From contig JAKFBU010000023.1 in assembly GCA_036676985.1 (NCBI GenBank), positions 224,001 to 288,000 on the forward strand: a stretch of 64,000 bases of DNA, written 5' to 3'. Positions 47,581 through 57,625 of the stretch are shown in pieces. Position numbers and translations under genes: made by a program. The stretch's first letter is position 1; each line of letters begins with the position of its first letter. Below the pieces are notes generated by a model. That model was not told the origin of the DNA and did not search any database. It worked only from the letters and a program-made list of their open reading frames with translations. The stretch comes from Candidatus Sericytochromatia bacterium (lineage in GTDB: Bacteria > Cyanobacteriota > Sericytochromatia > S15B-MN24 > UBA4093).

Positions 47581-48336
47581 ATGGGCTTCGAGATCGTCGC
47601 CCGCAACGGTCTCAAGCTCGTGCAGTGCTCGGCGCTCACGAGCCGGCATGCCTTTTCCACCCGGCCCGGCGGCGTGAGCGAGGGAGTCTACGGCTCCTTG
47701 AACCTCGGCCTGTCCAGCGGCGACGAGCGCGAGCGGGTGCTCGAGAACCGGGAGCGCTTCTACACGTCAGCCGGGTTCTCGGGCCCCTTGCACGTGGGGC
47801 ACCAGATCCACGGGGCGGTCGTCAACGAGGCCCCCATGGAGCCCGGCACCAAGGGCGACGCCCTCGTCACGGACCGGCCGGGCGTGCCCATCGGCGTGTT
47901 CGTGGCGGACTGTGTGCCGATCCTGCTCGAGGATCGCCAGACGGGCGCGGTGGCGGCCGTGCACTCGGGCTGGCGCGGCACGGCCCAGAAGGCCGTGGTG
48001 GCGGCCATCGAGGCCATGGGCGCGCGCTACGGCACCCGTCCGGAGGATCTGGTGGTGGCCATCGGGCCCTCCATCAAGGGTTGCTGCTATCAGGTGGGCT
48101 CGGAGGTCGTGGAGGCCCTGAGCCAGTTCCCGGAGCCCGCGGCCTTCGTCCGGAAAGTGAATGGACACCACTACCTGGACCTGCAGGAGGCAAACCGGCA
48201 GCTCCTGGCGGAGGTCGGTGTAGGCGAGGTGCACGTGAGCGGCATGTGCACCCATTGCGACGCGGATCTCTTCTTCTCCTACCGGCGCGACGGCGAGAAG
48301 TCGGGCCGGATGCTCGGGGCGATCGAGCGGGTCTAG
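47581..48336 (+). CDS. pgeF: Peptidoglycan editing factor / purine nucleoside phosphorylase (YfiH family)
   Basis: QIHG, ADCVPIL, HSGWRG, FFSYRR. Confidence 0.92.
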   Translation: MGFEIVARNGLKLVQCSALTSRHAFSTRPGGVSEGVYGSLNLGLSSGDERERVLENRERFYTSAGFSGPLHVGHQIHGAVVNEAPMEPGTKGDALVTDRPGVPIGVFVADCVPILLEDRQTGAVAAVHSGWRGTAQKAVVAAIEAMGARYGTRPEDLVVAIGPSIKGCCYQVGSEVVEALSQFPEPAAFVRKVNGHHYLDLQEANRQLLAEVGVGEVHVSGMCTHCDADLFFSYRRDGEKSGRMLGAIERV

Positions 48337-48360
48337 GCCACTCGAGCGTCCGCTCGGCAT

Positions 48361-48477
48361 GATCGACCGCTCCCGTCACCCTCGCGCAAGCGGGGGTCCA
48401 GCGCAGCCCTAAACGGCAGTTACTGCGAGCCCCGACCCTGGATTCCCGCTTTCGCGGGAATGACGGGAGGGCCGATC
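48361..48477. repeat. REP-like composite palindrome, copy 2
   Basis: CGTCACCCTCGCGCAAGCGGGGGTCCAG ... CTGGATTCCCGCTTTCGCGGGAATGACG flanked by GATCG/CGATC. Confidence 0.85.
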
Positions 48478-48569
48478 CCGCCACCAACAGCCTACCCGCG
48501 TCTGTCGTCACAATGGCTGAGGCCCGCTCACCGATGCTCGGTGAGCGGGCCGTCGCCTTGTGAGGCGGG

Positions 48570-49034
48570 TTACATGGTGGGAAGGTAAGCCGCCAGTTTC
48601 TCGAGCGTCTGCATCCCGAGCTCCACGGCGCCGAACTTGATGACCTCCGCGCGCTGCTCGGCCGTGTTGAAGACCGAGGTCTGCGTGACGCGGGTCTTGC
48701 CGCCCTCGTCCTCGAAGGTGATCGTCACGTGGAACGTGCCCTCATCATGCTCGTCCGCGCCATGGTCGTAGACCAGGCGCTCGGGCCGGACGACCTCCCG
48801 GTACACGATCAGGTTGGGGAAGGTCCCGTACTCGGCATGGGTCATGGTGAACCGCCAAACGCCGCCCGGCCGCACATCCATCTCATGCGTCGTGGTCGAG
48901 AAGCCGTTGGGCCCCCACCACCTGGAAACGTGCTGCGGCTCGGTGTAGGCCGTGAAGACCAGGTCGCGCGGGGCCTCGACGACCCGCGTCAGGACGATTT
49001 CGCGCTCAGCGGCGCTCTGCGTGGCTTGAGTCAT
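48570..49034 (-). CDS. SRPBCC/AHSA1-domain protein
   Basis: APRDLVF, RWWGP, DVRPGG, PERLVY. Confidence 0.9.
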   Translation of the reverse strand: MTQATQSAAEREIVLTRVVEAPRDLVFTAYTEPQHVSRWWGPNGFSTTTHEMDVRPGGVWRFTMTHAEYGTFPNLIVYREVVRPERLVYDHGADEHDEGTFHVTITFEDEGGKTRVTQTSVFNTAEQRAEVIKFGAVELGMQTLEKLAAYLPTM

Positions 49035-49377
49035 GGTTCCTCTCTTCTCTCGAATTGGACTGCACGCTCGCGAGGTAGTCCTCCAGGCGATCCATGCTCT
49101 CTTCCCAGTAGCGGCGGTACTCGTCCACCCACCGGGCGACCTCCTGGAGGGGCTGGGGCTCTAGCCGGCAAGGGCGCCACTGCGCCTCCTTGGCCCGCGA
49201 GATGAGGCCCGCCCGCTCGAGGACCTTGAGGTGCTTGGTGATGGCGGGAAGGGTCATGTCGAAGGGCTTGGCGAGCTCCGTCACCGTCGCCTCGCCCCCG
49301 GCGAGGCGCTTGAGGATGGCGCGGCGCGTGGGATCTGCCAGGGCCATGAAGAGGACGTCGAGTCGCTCGGCGGACAT
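49006..49377 (-). CDS. ArsR/SmtB-family transcriptional regulator
   Basis: ALADPTRRAIL, TKHLKVLERAGLI. Confidence 0.92.
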   Translation of the reverse strand: MSAERLDVLFMALADPTRRAILKRLAGGEATVTELAKPFDMTLPAITKHLKVLERAGLISRAKEAQWRPCRLEPQPLQEVARWVDEYRRYWEESMDRLEDYLASVQSNSREERNHDSSHAERR

Positions 49378-49379
49378 AC

Positions 49380-49411
49380 TTAACCTCCTGGTTACTTAAC
49401 CAGTTAGTAAA
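49380..49411. promoter_or_regulatory. Probable ArsR autoregulatory operator
   Basis: TTAACC-N4-GGTTAC and TTAACC-N4-AGTAAA overlapping the RBS and start site; TTGACA-N18-TAGTTT promoter on the minus strand. Confidence 0.6.
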
Positions 49412-49444
49412 CTACACGCAGTGACGCTCGGGTGTCAAGCCATG

Positions 49445-49472
49445 AAAAAAGCGCCGGCAGATGCCGGCGCTT
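49445..49472 (-). terminator. Intrinsic terminator
   Basis: AAGCGCCGGCA-TC-TGCCGGCGC-TTTTTT. Confidence 0.8.
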
Positions 49473-49486
49473 CCGGAAGCGTTGGG

Positions 49487-50281
49487 TTACTTGCCGAGCA
49501 TCTTGGCGGCAGCACCGACCTTCGAGAGCTGCATGACGCCGGTCTCGACCTTGCCGTCGTCCGAGTCGGTGACGCTGTACTTGACCACGCCGCCCGGCAC
49601 CTCGTCCGAGAGCCACCAATCCACCGAGCCGCCGCCCGACGCGTAGCGGACGTGGCGAGTCTTGAAGGTGCCGGCCGGGACCTTGACCGTCTCGGTGCCG
49701 ACGGTCGCCCCCTTGAGGCTCTCGGCCGTCAGGCGCGCCGAGGGACGCAAGGTCCACGAGCCCTTGTTCTCTTCGGTGATGGGCACCTCGGAGAGCGCGT
49801 CCTGGCCGGGGAACTTGGCGCGCATGCGCACGATCTGCTGGACTCCCGACTTGTCCGGCACCGAGAAGAGGGCCTCGACGACGGCTTCTTCGGAGCCATC
49901 CTTCTTGGAGGAGCGCACGCGCCACCACTCCTTGCCGTCGGCCTCCTTCTTCAGGAAGGCCTTCTCGAAGCGCTCGCCCTGCGAGAGGTCCGAGCCCTCC
50001 CAGAGGGTGAATTCGCCTGGCTTGTAGGCCTTGCCCTGCCAGGTGTAGCCGCCGTAGTAGTAGAGCATCGAGAAGAGGCCCATGGCGTAGGCCTGCGTGA
50101 GCTCGGGGGTCATGTAGTAGCGGGTGGCGGAGCCGGCGATGGCCGAGCCGACGCGATCGCCGATCATCGAGCCGGCCTTGTTGCCCGCCGAGTTCATGGC
50201 GCTGTCCAGGAAGGACGAGAACAACGCGCAGCCGCTCACCAGGGAGGGCACGACGAGGGACAGGACCAGGACACGCTTCAT
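49487..50281 (-). CDS. Lipoprotein with ETVKVPAGTF motif
   Basis: Lipobox VSGC; VPAGTF and WWLSDEVPGGVVKY C-terminal beta domain. Confidence 0.75.
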   Translation of the reverse strand: MKRVLVLSLVVPSLVSGCALFSSFLDSAMNSAGNKAGSMIGDRVGSAIAGSATRYYMTPELTQAYAMGLFSMLYYYGGYTWQGKAYKPGEFTLWEGSDLSQGERFEKAFLKKEADGKEWWRVRSSKKDGSEEAVVEALFSVPDKSGVQQIVRMRAKFPGQDALSEVPITEENKGSWTLRPSARLTAESLKGATVGTETVKVPAGTFKTRHVRYASGGGSVDWWLSDEVPGGVVKYSVTDSDDGKVETGVMQLSKVGAAAKMLGK

Positions 50282-50491
50282 GGCTACTCCTCTTGGGCGA
50301 CGGGCCCGGATCGTTCCGGGGGAAGGGACGGATTCTAAGTACCCGAAAGCTTGCTCGTCTATTAGCCTTCCGGGCGGCACGCATCGGTTCGTCCGTGTAG
50401 CCGCCCTTGACATCTATAAGCAAGCGAGGGATGGTCTTGGTATCAAACGTACCACTGTAGGGCCTGCCCCTACTCAAGGAGGACTACCACT

Positions 50492-51262
50492 ATGCGGTCA
50501 TCATCTTGTCTCATTGCCCTGGCGCTTGTCATGACGAGCGTGAGCCCGGCCTTCGCCCAGATGCGCACCAGCGCCCCCAAGGGCACCGCCGCCGCCACCC
50601 CGGCCACGGGCGGTGTGGCGACTGGCGACGACCAGTTCCGTCCTACCCGAATCCTCGGCGTTGAGCGCGCCCAGGTGCTCGCGGACGGCAACGCCCACAT
50701 GGGCTTCGGCGGCCTCAGCGTCGCCATGGGCCTCGGCAACAACATGGAAGTCGGCGGTGGCGCGGGCCTGAACCTCGGCCTGACCCCCTTCAGCCTGGGC
50801 ATCCCCGTTGCCGTCTACGGCAAGATGCTTTTGCCCATGCTCAACCTGATGCCCAACATGACGGCGGCCCTGGGCGCCCAGGCGAACGTCAACGTCGCCA
50901 GCACCGGCCTCGGCTTCGGCGCGGGCGTCTTCCTGCCCCTGTCCTTCTGGCGCCTGGGCCCCGGCAACCTGCACATCGTGCCGGGCATCGGCACCACCGC
51001 GGGCCTGGGTATCGGTTACGAGCTGCCCCTGATGCCCAAGTGGTCGCTGCTCATCGCCAACAACTCGACGGTGACCTTCGGCCCCACGACGGCCGTCTCG
51101 AACGGTCTGTCGGTCGGCAGCCGCGTGGCGCTGACGCCGAACCTCACGGCGGATGTCGGCAGCATCTCCCTGACGGGGACCAACCTCACGGTCAACCTGT
51201 TCGCCATCGGCGGCACCTTCGGCGGCCGCGTGGGCGACCTGCGCTCGGCCTGGGGCCTCTAG
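50492..51262 (+). CDS. Probable outer-membrane beta-barrel protein
   Basis: Signal peptide ending AFA; Gly-rich alternating hydrophobic strands; AAGGAGG RBS. Confidence 0.6.
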   Translation: MRSSSCLIALALVMTSVSPAFAQMRTSAPKGTAAATPATGGVATGDDQFRPTRILGVERAQVLADGNAHMGFGGLSVAMGLGNNMEVGGGAGLNLGLTPFSLGIPVAVYGKMLLPMLNLMPNMTAALGAQANVNVASTGLGFGAGVFLPLSFWRLGPGNLHIVPGIGTTAGLGIGYELPLMPKWSLLIANNSTVTFGPTTAVSNGLSVGSRVALTPNLTADVGSISLTGTNLTVNLFAIGGTFGGRVGDLRSAWGL

Positions 51263-51273
51263 GCCTTAACCTG

Positions 51274-51308
51274 AAAGCCCCGGGACCTCACGGTCCCGGG
51301 GCTTTTTC
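51274..51308 (+). terminator. Intrinsic terminator
   Basis: AAAGCCCCGGGACC-TCAC-GGTCCCGGGGCTTTTT. Confidence 0.85.
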
Positions 51309-51490
51309 GTTGCGTGGCTCCAAGATCCCACCAAGCAACCTTGCCCCCACCTGGCCATGATCTTCCCCCCCTCTAGAGGGGGGGAAGCCTCCGAGCGGGG
51401 AAATGCCAGGGCCAGGGTCTGTTGACTTGCATGGGCCCCCAAAAGGGAAGCGGGGGCTCCGTTCGGAGCCCCCGCTGGGATGAATCCCGA

Positions 51491-52672
51491 TTACTTGTTG
51501 ACCGCCTGCAGCGCGTCGACGCGGCCGTGGCCGAAGTACTTGTCGAAGCCCTTGTCGCCCAGGTCGGCGACGCTCGCCTCGAGGGCCTTGCGAACCTGCT
51601 CGCGGTTCCACTCGGGGTGCTGGCTGCGGATGAGGCCCGCGACGCCGGCCGCGAAGGGCGAAGCCATCGAGGTGCCGCTCATCGTCTTGTAGCCGCCGGG
51701 AACGGTCGAGAGGATGTTCACGCCAGGGGCCGCGACCGAGACCGTGGTGCCCCAGTTCGAGAAGGAAGCCTTCTTGTCCTGGTTGTCGGTGGCCGCCACC
51801 TCGATCACGCCGGGGTAGGTCGAGGGGAGGTGCGGGGCGGTCGTGGGGTCGTTCTGGGCGTTGTTGTTGCCGGCCGAGGCGACCAGGACGATGTCCTTGT
51901 CGAGGGCGTACTGGAGGGCATCCTCCACGACCTTCGACTTCTTGTAGAGGCCGAGGCTCATGGTCATGACCTTGGCGCCGTTGTCGGCCGCCCAGACGAT
52001 GCCGTCGGCGATCGACTGCTCGCTGCCGCCGCCATTGGAGTCGAGCACCTGGACCATCATGAGGCCGCAGTTGGGGGCCACGCCGGCGACACCCTCACCG
52101 TTGCCCACGGCCGCCGCGGCGATACCCGAGCAGTGCGTGCCGTGACCCTGCATGTCCTTGACGTCGGCCGACTTGGTGAAGACGTTCCAGGTCTTGACGA
52201 GCTTGCTCTTGAGGTCGGGGTGGTTCATGTCGACGCCGGTGTCGATGACGGCGATGACGGTCTTCATGTCACCCTTGGAGACGTCCCAGGCCTTGATGGC
52301 GTTGGTGATGTTGAGCGAGTACTGCTCCTTGAGACGCGGATCGTTGTAGTCGTCGAGCACCACGCGGCTGTTGGTCGACGCGTAGCGGACCGAGTACTTG
52401 CCCTTGATGTCTGAGACGACCTGCTCGGGGGTCATGTCCGAGGGAACCGCCAGGACGGTCGCGTTGATGCCGCGGATGGTCTTCTTGACCTTGTACTTCA
52501 GGCCGCTGGGCTGCTGGTTGAAGCCGACCACGACCTCGGTCCGCGAGACGCCGTCCGCCCGGAACTCGTTGTCGGCGGCGGTGCGGTTGATGGACGTGTT
52601 GGCGCCGGGGATGCCGCAACCGGCAAGCAGCGAGACGGCGAGCGTGCTGGCGACCAAGGACAACTTCTTCAT
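51491..52672 (-). CDS. S8 subtilisin-like serine protease lipoprotein
   Basis: Lipobox LAGC; IDTG, HGTHCSG, SGTSMA catalytic triad. Confidence 0.93.
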   Translation of the reverse strand: MKKLSLVASTLAVSLLAGCGIPGANTSINRTAADNEFRADGVSRTEVVVGFNQQPSGLKYKVKKTIRGINATVLAVPSDMTPEQVVSDIKGKYSVRYASTNSRVVLDDYNDPRLKEQYSLNITNAIKAWDVSKGDMKTVIAVIDTGVDMNHPDLKSKLVKTWNVFTKSADVKDMQGHGTHCSGIAAAAVGNGEGVAGVAPNCGLMMVQVLDSNGGGSEQSIADGIVWAADNGAKVMTMSLGLYKKSKVVEDALQYALDKDIVLVASAGNNNAQNDPTTAPHLPSTYPGVIEVAATDNQDKKASFSNWGTTVSVAAPGVNILSTVPGGYKTMSGTSMASPFAAGVAGLIRSQHPEWNREQVRKALEASVADLGDKGFDKYFGHGRVDALQAVNK

Positions 52673-52707
52673 CCGGGCATTCCTCTCTTGCAGGGGGGGA
52701 AGCGTTT

Positions 52708-52786
52708 GTTAAAAACATCCTAGCAAGGTTAAATCCATTTTGCAATCCCTTAATCCAGGATTAACGATTTAATTTTCTCTTAATCT
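52708..52786. promoter_or_regulatory. Phased TTAA array upstream of the S8 gene
   Basis: TTAA at 52709, 52729, 52750, 52761, 52769, 52780; includes CTTAATCC and CTTAATCT. Confidence 0.55.
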
Positions 52787-52843
52787 TCAGACCAAAGGCC
52801 CCCGGTCAGGCATAAGCCTGACCGGGGGCCGATCGTGGGGCGA

Positions 52844-54238
52844 TTACTGGATCAGCTGGCTCTTGTCGACGGTGACCACGGGCCCGTAGGGGGCCAGCAC
52901 CTTCTCCAGGGCCGCCGGGCGCCCCACGACCGTCACGAGCCGGTGCGCGGGGTCGTAGTACTTGCGCATGACCCGCTGCACGTCCTTGGCGGTGACGGCC
53001 TGGATGCGCTCGACGAAGCGGTCGAAGTAGTCCGCCGGCAGGCCGTAGAAGACGACGGCGCCCACCATGTTCGCGAGGTCCGAGTTGGCCTCGAGGTTCC
53101 GCGGGAAGCTGCCGAGGAAGTAGCGCTTGACGGCCGCGAGCTCGCCGGCCGAAACCGGGCGTTTGCGCATGTCGTCCACTTGAGCCAGGACGGTCTTGAG
53201 CGCCTGGGCGGCCGACTCCTCCTTGGTCTGGAGGCCGATCACGTTGACACCGGAGTCCAGGCGCAGCATGTTGGAGGCATGGACGCTGTAAGCGAGACCC
53301 TGCTCCTCGCGCACGTTCTTATAGAGGCGACTCAGGTAGCCGCCGCCTAGGATCTGGGTGGCCACCACGAGCGGAAAGTAATCCGGGTGGTTGCGCTTGA
53401 TGGACGGGAAGCCCACGCTGATGTTGGCCTGCGTGAGCTCCATGGGAACCAGGCGCGCGCCCTTCCAGCCCGTGGGCTTGGGGCTCTCCACCGCCTTGAG
53501 GGGGGCGCCCGCGGGGTTCTTCCAGTCCTGGAAGGGCTTTGCGAAGCGCGCCTTCACCTCGGCAGGCGTGATGTCCCCCACGACCACCATGAAGCTGTTG
53601 TCCGGGCGGTAGTGGGTCTGGTAGAAGCGCTGGACGGCGGACTGCTGAAGAGCCGACACGGCTGCTAGCCCCCCGTCGAGCGGGCGGCCGTAGGCCGATT
53701 GGCCGAACAGGCCCTGGCGGGCGGACATACCCGTCACCTCGCCCGGGTCGTCCAGGGCCGAGCGCAGGCCGGCCGTCTCGAGGGTCTTGCCCTTCTCCAG
53801 TTCGGCGGCCGGGAAGGTGGGATGGCTCACGACGTCGCCCATGAGATCCAGGCCCTTATCGAGGTCTCCCTTGAGGACGTTGAGCTCGACCTCGGACTTG
53901 TCGCTGTCGGCCCCGGCCCCCAGGCTCGCGCCCAAAGCGTCGATCTCGTCGGCGATCGCCTGAGCCGTGCGCCGCTGGGTGCCCTTGGTGAGGAGGGCGG
54001 CCGTCATGTGGGCGAGGCCGTGCTCGTTGGAGGCCTCATGGATGGCGCCCGAGCGGATGACGAGGTTGGCCGAGACGATGGGCAGGTCGTGCCGCTCGAC
54101 GACGTACACCGGCAGGCCGTTCGCCAACGTGAGGCGGGTCGGGCGCGGTGCGAGGCTCTTGGCCTCGGCGGGCTGAAGAGCCGCAGGCAGGGCGACGGCC
54201 GTCGCCACGGCCAGAGCGAGGATGGGACGGGCGATCAC
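52844..54238 (-). CDS. M16B peptidase, non-catalytic partner subunit (exported)
   Basis: Signal peptide; degenerate HxxEH (HMTAA); VREEQGLAYSV R/Y pair; GTG overlaps the upstream stop. Confidence 0.88.
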   Translation of the reverse strand: MIARPILALAVATAVALPAALQPAEAKSLAPRPTRLTLANGLPVYVVERHDLPIVSANLVIRSGAIHEASNEHGLAHMTAALLTKGTQRRTAQAIADEIDALGASLGAGADSDKSEVELNVLKGDLDKGLDLMGDVVSHPTFPAAELEKGKTLETAGLRSALDDPGEVTGMSARQGLFGQSAYGRPLDGGLAAVSALQQSAVQRFYQTHYRPDNSFMVVVGDITPAEVKARFAKPFQDWKNPAGAPLKAVESPKPTGWKGARLVPMELTQANISVGFPSIKRNHPDYFPLVVATQILGGGYLSRLYKNVREEQGLAYSVHASNMLRLDSGVNVIGLQTKEESAAQALKTVLAQVDDMRKRPVSAGELAAVKRYFLGSFPRNLEANSDLANMVGAVVFYGLPADYFDRFVERIQAVTAKDVQRVMRKYYDPAHRLVTVVGRPAALEKVLAPYGPVVTVDKSQLIQ

Positions 54239-55560
54239 TTCTGGGCCTCCTTCGGAACGAGCGTGACGACCGAGCGGTTGTCCTTCTGGAAGTAGGTCTT
54301 GGCGACCCGCTGGATATCCTGGGCCTTGACCCGGCGGATGTTGTCGACGTAGGTCAAGAGGAGGCGATGATCCTTGACCGTCTCGTAGAAGCCCAGCTGG
54401 AAGCCCAGGGAGCTTGCGCGCTGCTGCCCCATGATGAACTCCGACTCGATCTGCTTGCGGGCCTTGGCGAGCTCCTGCTCGGTCACGGGCTCGTGCTTCA
54501 GGCGATCCAGCTCCCGGTACATGGCCGTCTCGAGCTCGGCGGTGGTGTGCCCGGGCGTGGGCATGGCCGCCATGTAGAAGAGTCCGGGATCCTTGTTCTC
54601 GCCGGCCCAGGCCTGGACCGACTGGGCGATCTGGGTCTGGTCGACCATCGAGCGGTAGAGGCGCGAGGACTCGCCCCGGCTCAGGAGGTTGGCCGCCACG
54701 AGCAGGGGGTAGAGGTCCGGATTCCCCACCTGCGGAATCTTGAAGGCCGCCATGACCGCGGGCGTCTCGACTTCCTTGACGAGCTCCGTCCGGTGCTCGC
54801 CGTTCTGTTTCGGCTCGACGGTGCGGACCGGAGGCGGGGTGGGCCCCGCCTTGATGGGGCCGAAGTGCTTGCGGATGAGGCGCATGGCGTTCTTCGGGTC
54901 GAAGTCGCCGACCAGCACCAGGGTGGCGTTGTTGGGGTGGTAGTAGGTCTTGTGGAACTCGACCACGTCCTGGCGGGTCATGCCCAGGAGGTCGCTCATC
55001 CAGCCTACCACGGGCCAGTGGTACGGGTGAGCGATGTAGGCCGTCGCCCCGATGAGCTCGAACATCATGCCGATGGGCGAGTTCTCGGTTCGCAGGCGGC
55101 GCTCTTCCATGACCACCTGCTTCTCGGAGTCGAACTTGTTGGCCGGGAAGGTCAGGTTGGCGAGCGAGTCCGCCTCCAGATCGATGGCGCGCTCCAAGTG
55201 CTCGCTGGCCATCTCCACGTAGTAGTCCGTGAAGTCCTCGCTGGTGCTGGCGTTGTCCTCGCCGCCGTAGCTCTCGACCTCGCGGTCGTAGGCTCCGGTC
55301 GGGCGCTTCTTGGTGCCCAGATAATGCATGTGCTCCAGGAGGTGGGCGATACCCGTGATACCCGGGCGCTCGTTGCGCGAGCCGACCTTGTACCACATCT
55401 GGAGGCTGAACACCGGGACCTTGTGGTTTTCGACCATCAGGATCTTGAGGCCGTTGGGGAGCTTGGCCTCCTGGACCTTGATGGCGGGCGCCGCGTTGGC
55501 GGCGAGCGGCATCGAGAGCGCGAGCGTCAGCGCCAAGGCCGTGAACGTGCGTCGAATCAT
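54235..55560 (-). CDS. M16B zinc peptidase, catalytic subunit (exported)
   Basis: Signal peptide; HLLEH, NAST, EERRLR, HPYHWPVVG. Confidence 0.92.
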   Translation of the reverse strand: MIRRTFTALALTLALSMPLAANAAPAIKVQEAKLPNGLKILMVENHKVPVFSLQMWYKVGSRNERPGITGIAHLLEHMHYLGTKKRPTGAYDREVESYGGEDNASTSEDFTDYYVEMASEHLERAIDLEADSLANLTFPANKFDSEKQVVMEERRLRTENSPIGMMFELIGATAYIAHPYHWPVVGWMSDLLGMTRQDVVEFHKTYYHPNNATLVLVGDFDPKNAMRLIRKHFGPIKAGPTPPPVRTVEPKQNGEHRTELVKEVETPAVMAAFKIPQVGNPDLYPLLVAANLLSRGESSRLYRSMVDQTQIAQSVQAWAGENKDPGLFYMAAMPTPGHTTAELETAMYRELDRLKHEPVTEQELAKARKQIESEFIMGQQRASSLGFQLGFYETVKDHRLLLTYVDNIRRVKAQDIQRVAKTYFQKDNRSVVTLVPKEAQK

Positions 55561-55775
55561 GCGGACCTTCTTCGTGCGATGAACATGGATGACGCTACAT
55601 CCTACCTCCCGCTCCCCGCCCCTACCAGCGATCGCATGTCATCCCCCCGTCCGGCGGCTCGAACACGGGGCAGCGAGGCGGCTGCACCCCCCAATGCCGT
55701 GATATCCAACGAACCTTCCGTTGTGATACGCTACGCACAAGCACAGCGTGGTGTTTTCCCAACGGAGGTGACGCG

Positions 55776-57443
55776 ATGGAACAAGCAGTGGAACGGATCT
55801 GGCTCGAGCACTACCCGACCGGCATTTCCGCGACGATCGACGCCGACCGCCATGCCTCGATCCCGGCCGCCGTGGACGAGGCCGTCCAGCGGTTCGCGAC
55901 CCTTCCGGCCTTCGAGAACATGGGCAAGGTGCTCACCTATGCGGAAATGGACCGCCTCTCCAAGCAGTTCGCGTCCTATCTGCAGCACGTCGTCGGCCTG
56001 AAGAAGGGCGATCGCATCGCCCTCCAGATGCCGAACCTCCTCCAGTACCCGGTGGCCATGATGGGCGCCTTGCGGGCGGGACTCGTCGTCGTCAACACCA
56101 ACCCGCTCTACACGCCGCACGAGATGCGCCACCAGTTCAAGGACTCGGGCGCCAAGGCCATCGTCATCCTCGCGAACTTCGCCAAGCACCTGGAGACCAT
56201 CCTCCCCGAGACGGCCATCGAGACGGTGATCGTCACCGAGGTGGGCGACCTCCTGGGGTTCCCCAAGGCTGCCATCGTCAACCTCGCGGCCAAGCACCTC
56301 AAGAAGATGGTGCCCCCGTACCACCTGCCCAAGGCGGTGGCCTTCACCGACGCCCTCAAGCTCGGCGAGAGCCGCCCCTACCAGCCGGTGGAGCTCGGCG
56401 GCTCGGACATCGCCTTCCTGCAGTACACGGGCGGGACCACGGGTATTTCCAAGGGCGCCATCCTCACGCACCGCAACATCATCGCCAACCAGCTGCAGAT
56501 CGCCTCCTGGATGTCGCAGCTCTTGGTCGCGGGCAAGGAGATCATCGTCACCCCGCTGCCCCTCTACCACATCTTCTCCCTGACGGTGAACTGCCTGGCG
56601 TTCATGTCCTACGGCGCGCACAACGTGCTCATCACCAACCCCAAGGACCTGCCGGCCTTCATCAAGGAGCTGAAGAAGCATCGCTTCACGGTGCTGACGG
56701 GCGTCAACACCCTCTTCAACGGCCTCTTGAACCACCCCGACTTCAAGGAGGTGGACTTCAAGCCGGTGAAGGTGACGGTGGGCGGCGCCATGGCCGTCCA
56801 GCGCGCGGTCGCCGAGCGATGGAAACAGCTGACGGGCAACACGCTCATCGAGGGCTACGGCCTCACGGAGGCGTCCCCGGTCGTCTCGTGCAACCCCATC
56901 ACCGGCGGCGAGCGGATCGGCACCATCGGCATGCCGCTGCCCTCGACCGACGTGATCATCGTGGACGAGAACGGCGTCGAGGTCCCGCAGGGGCAGGAGG
57001 GCGAGCTCTGCGTGCGCGGCCCGCAGGTAATGCGCGGCTACTGGGAGCGGCCCGAGGAGACGGCCAAGGTTCTCAAGGAGGGCTGGCTGTACACGGGCGA
57101 CATGGCCATCTTCGAGCCCGACGGTTACCTCAGGATCGTGGACCGCAAGAAGGACATGATCCTGGTGTCGGGCTTCAACGTCTATCCCAACGAGGTCGAG
57201 GACGTGCTCGCCATGCACCCGAAGGTGCTGGAGTCGGCGGTCATCGGCGTGCCGGACGACGCCGCTGGTGAGGTGGTCAAGGCCTTCATCGTGAAGCGCG
57301 ACCCGTCGTTGACCGACGAGGAGGTCTTTGCCCACTGCCGCGAGTACCTCACGAACTACAAGCGGCCGAAGATCATCGAGTACCGTACGGAGCTGCCCAA
57401 GACCAACGTGGGCAAGGTATTACGCAGAGCCCTACGGGACTAG
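55776..57443 (+). CDS. fadD: Long-chain fatty acid--CoA ligase
   Basis: YTGGTTGISKG, EGYGLTE, TGD, DRKKDMILVSGFNVYPNEVE. Confidence 0.92.
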   Translation: MEQAVERIWLEHYPTGISATIDADRHASIPAAVDEAVQRFATLPAFENMGKVLTYAEMDRLSKQFASYLQHVVGLKKGDRIALQMPNLLQYPVAMMGALRAGLVVVNTNPLYTPHEMRHQFKDSGAKAIVILANFAKHLETILPETAIETVIVTEVGDLLGFPKAAIVNLAAKHLKKMVPPYHLPKAVAFTDALKLGESRPYQPVELGGSDIAFLQYTGGTTGISKGAILTHRNIIANQLQIASWMSQLLVAGKEIIVTPLPLYHIFSLTVNCLAFMSYGAHNVLITNPKDLPAFIKELKKHRFTVLTGVNTLFNGLLNHPDFKEVDFKPVKVTVGGAMAVQRAVAERWKQLTGNTLIEGYGLTEASPVVSCNPITGGERIGTIGMPLPSTDVIIVDENGVEVPQGQEGELCVRGPQVMRGYWERPEETAKVLKEGWLYTGDMAIFEPDGYLRIVDRKKDMILVSGFNVYPNEVEDVLAMHPKVLESAVIGVPDDAAGEVVKAFIVKRDPSLTDEEVFAHCREYLTNYKRPKIIEYRTELPKTNVGKVLRRALRD

Positions 57444-57625
57444 CTCGATCCCACCAGCTCGCGCCGGGCGGCCCTACGGGAAATTCCAAAGCCTCGCGAA
57501 GGCGATCGGTCGATTGGAATTTCCCTTCAGGCCACCCGGCGCTCGCCTTGTCACGCTCTCCGTCGACGCGTAGAGGAGCTAGCCTCGATTGGACTTTCAA
57601 GCCGTGATGACGCCATAATCGAGGC

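Noticed and set aside
49380-49411. CTTAACCT as a member of the phased TTAA regulon
   Set aside because: 16-bp period and inverted geometry fit an ArsR autoregulatory operator
52844-55396. Single 850-aa M16 protein or programmed frameshift
   Set aside because: Two genes overlapping at GTGA, each with its own signal peptide; a standard M16B heterodimer
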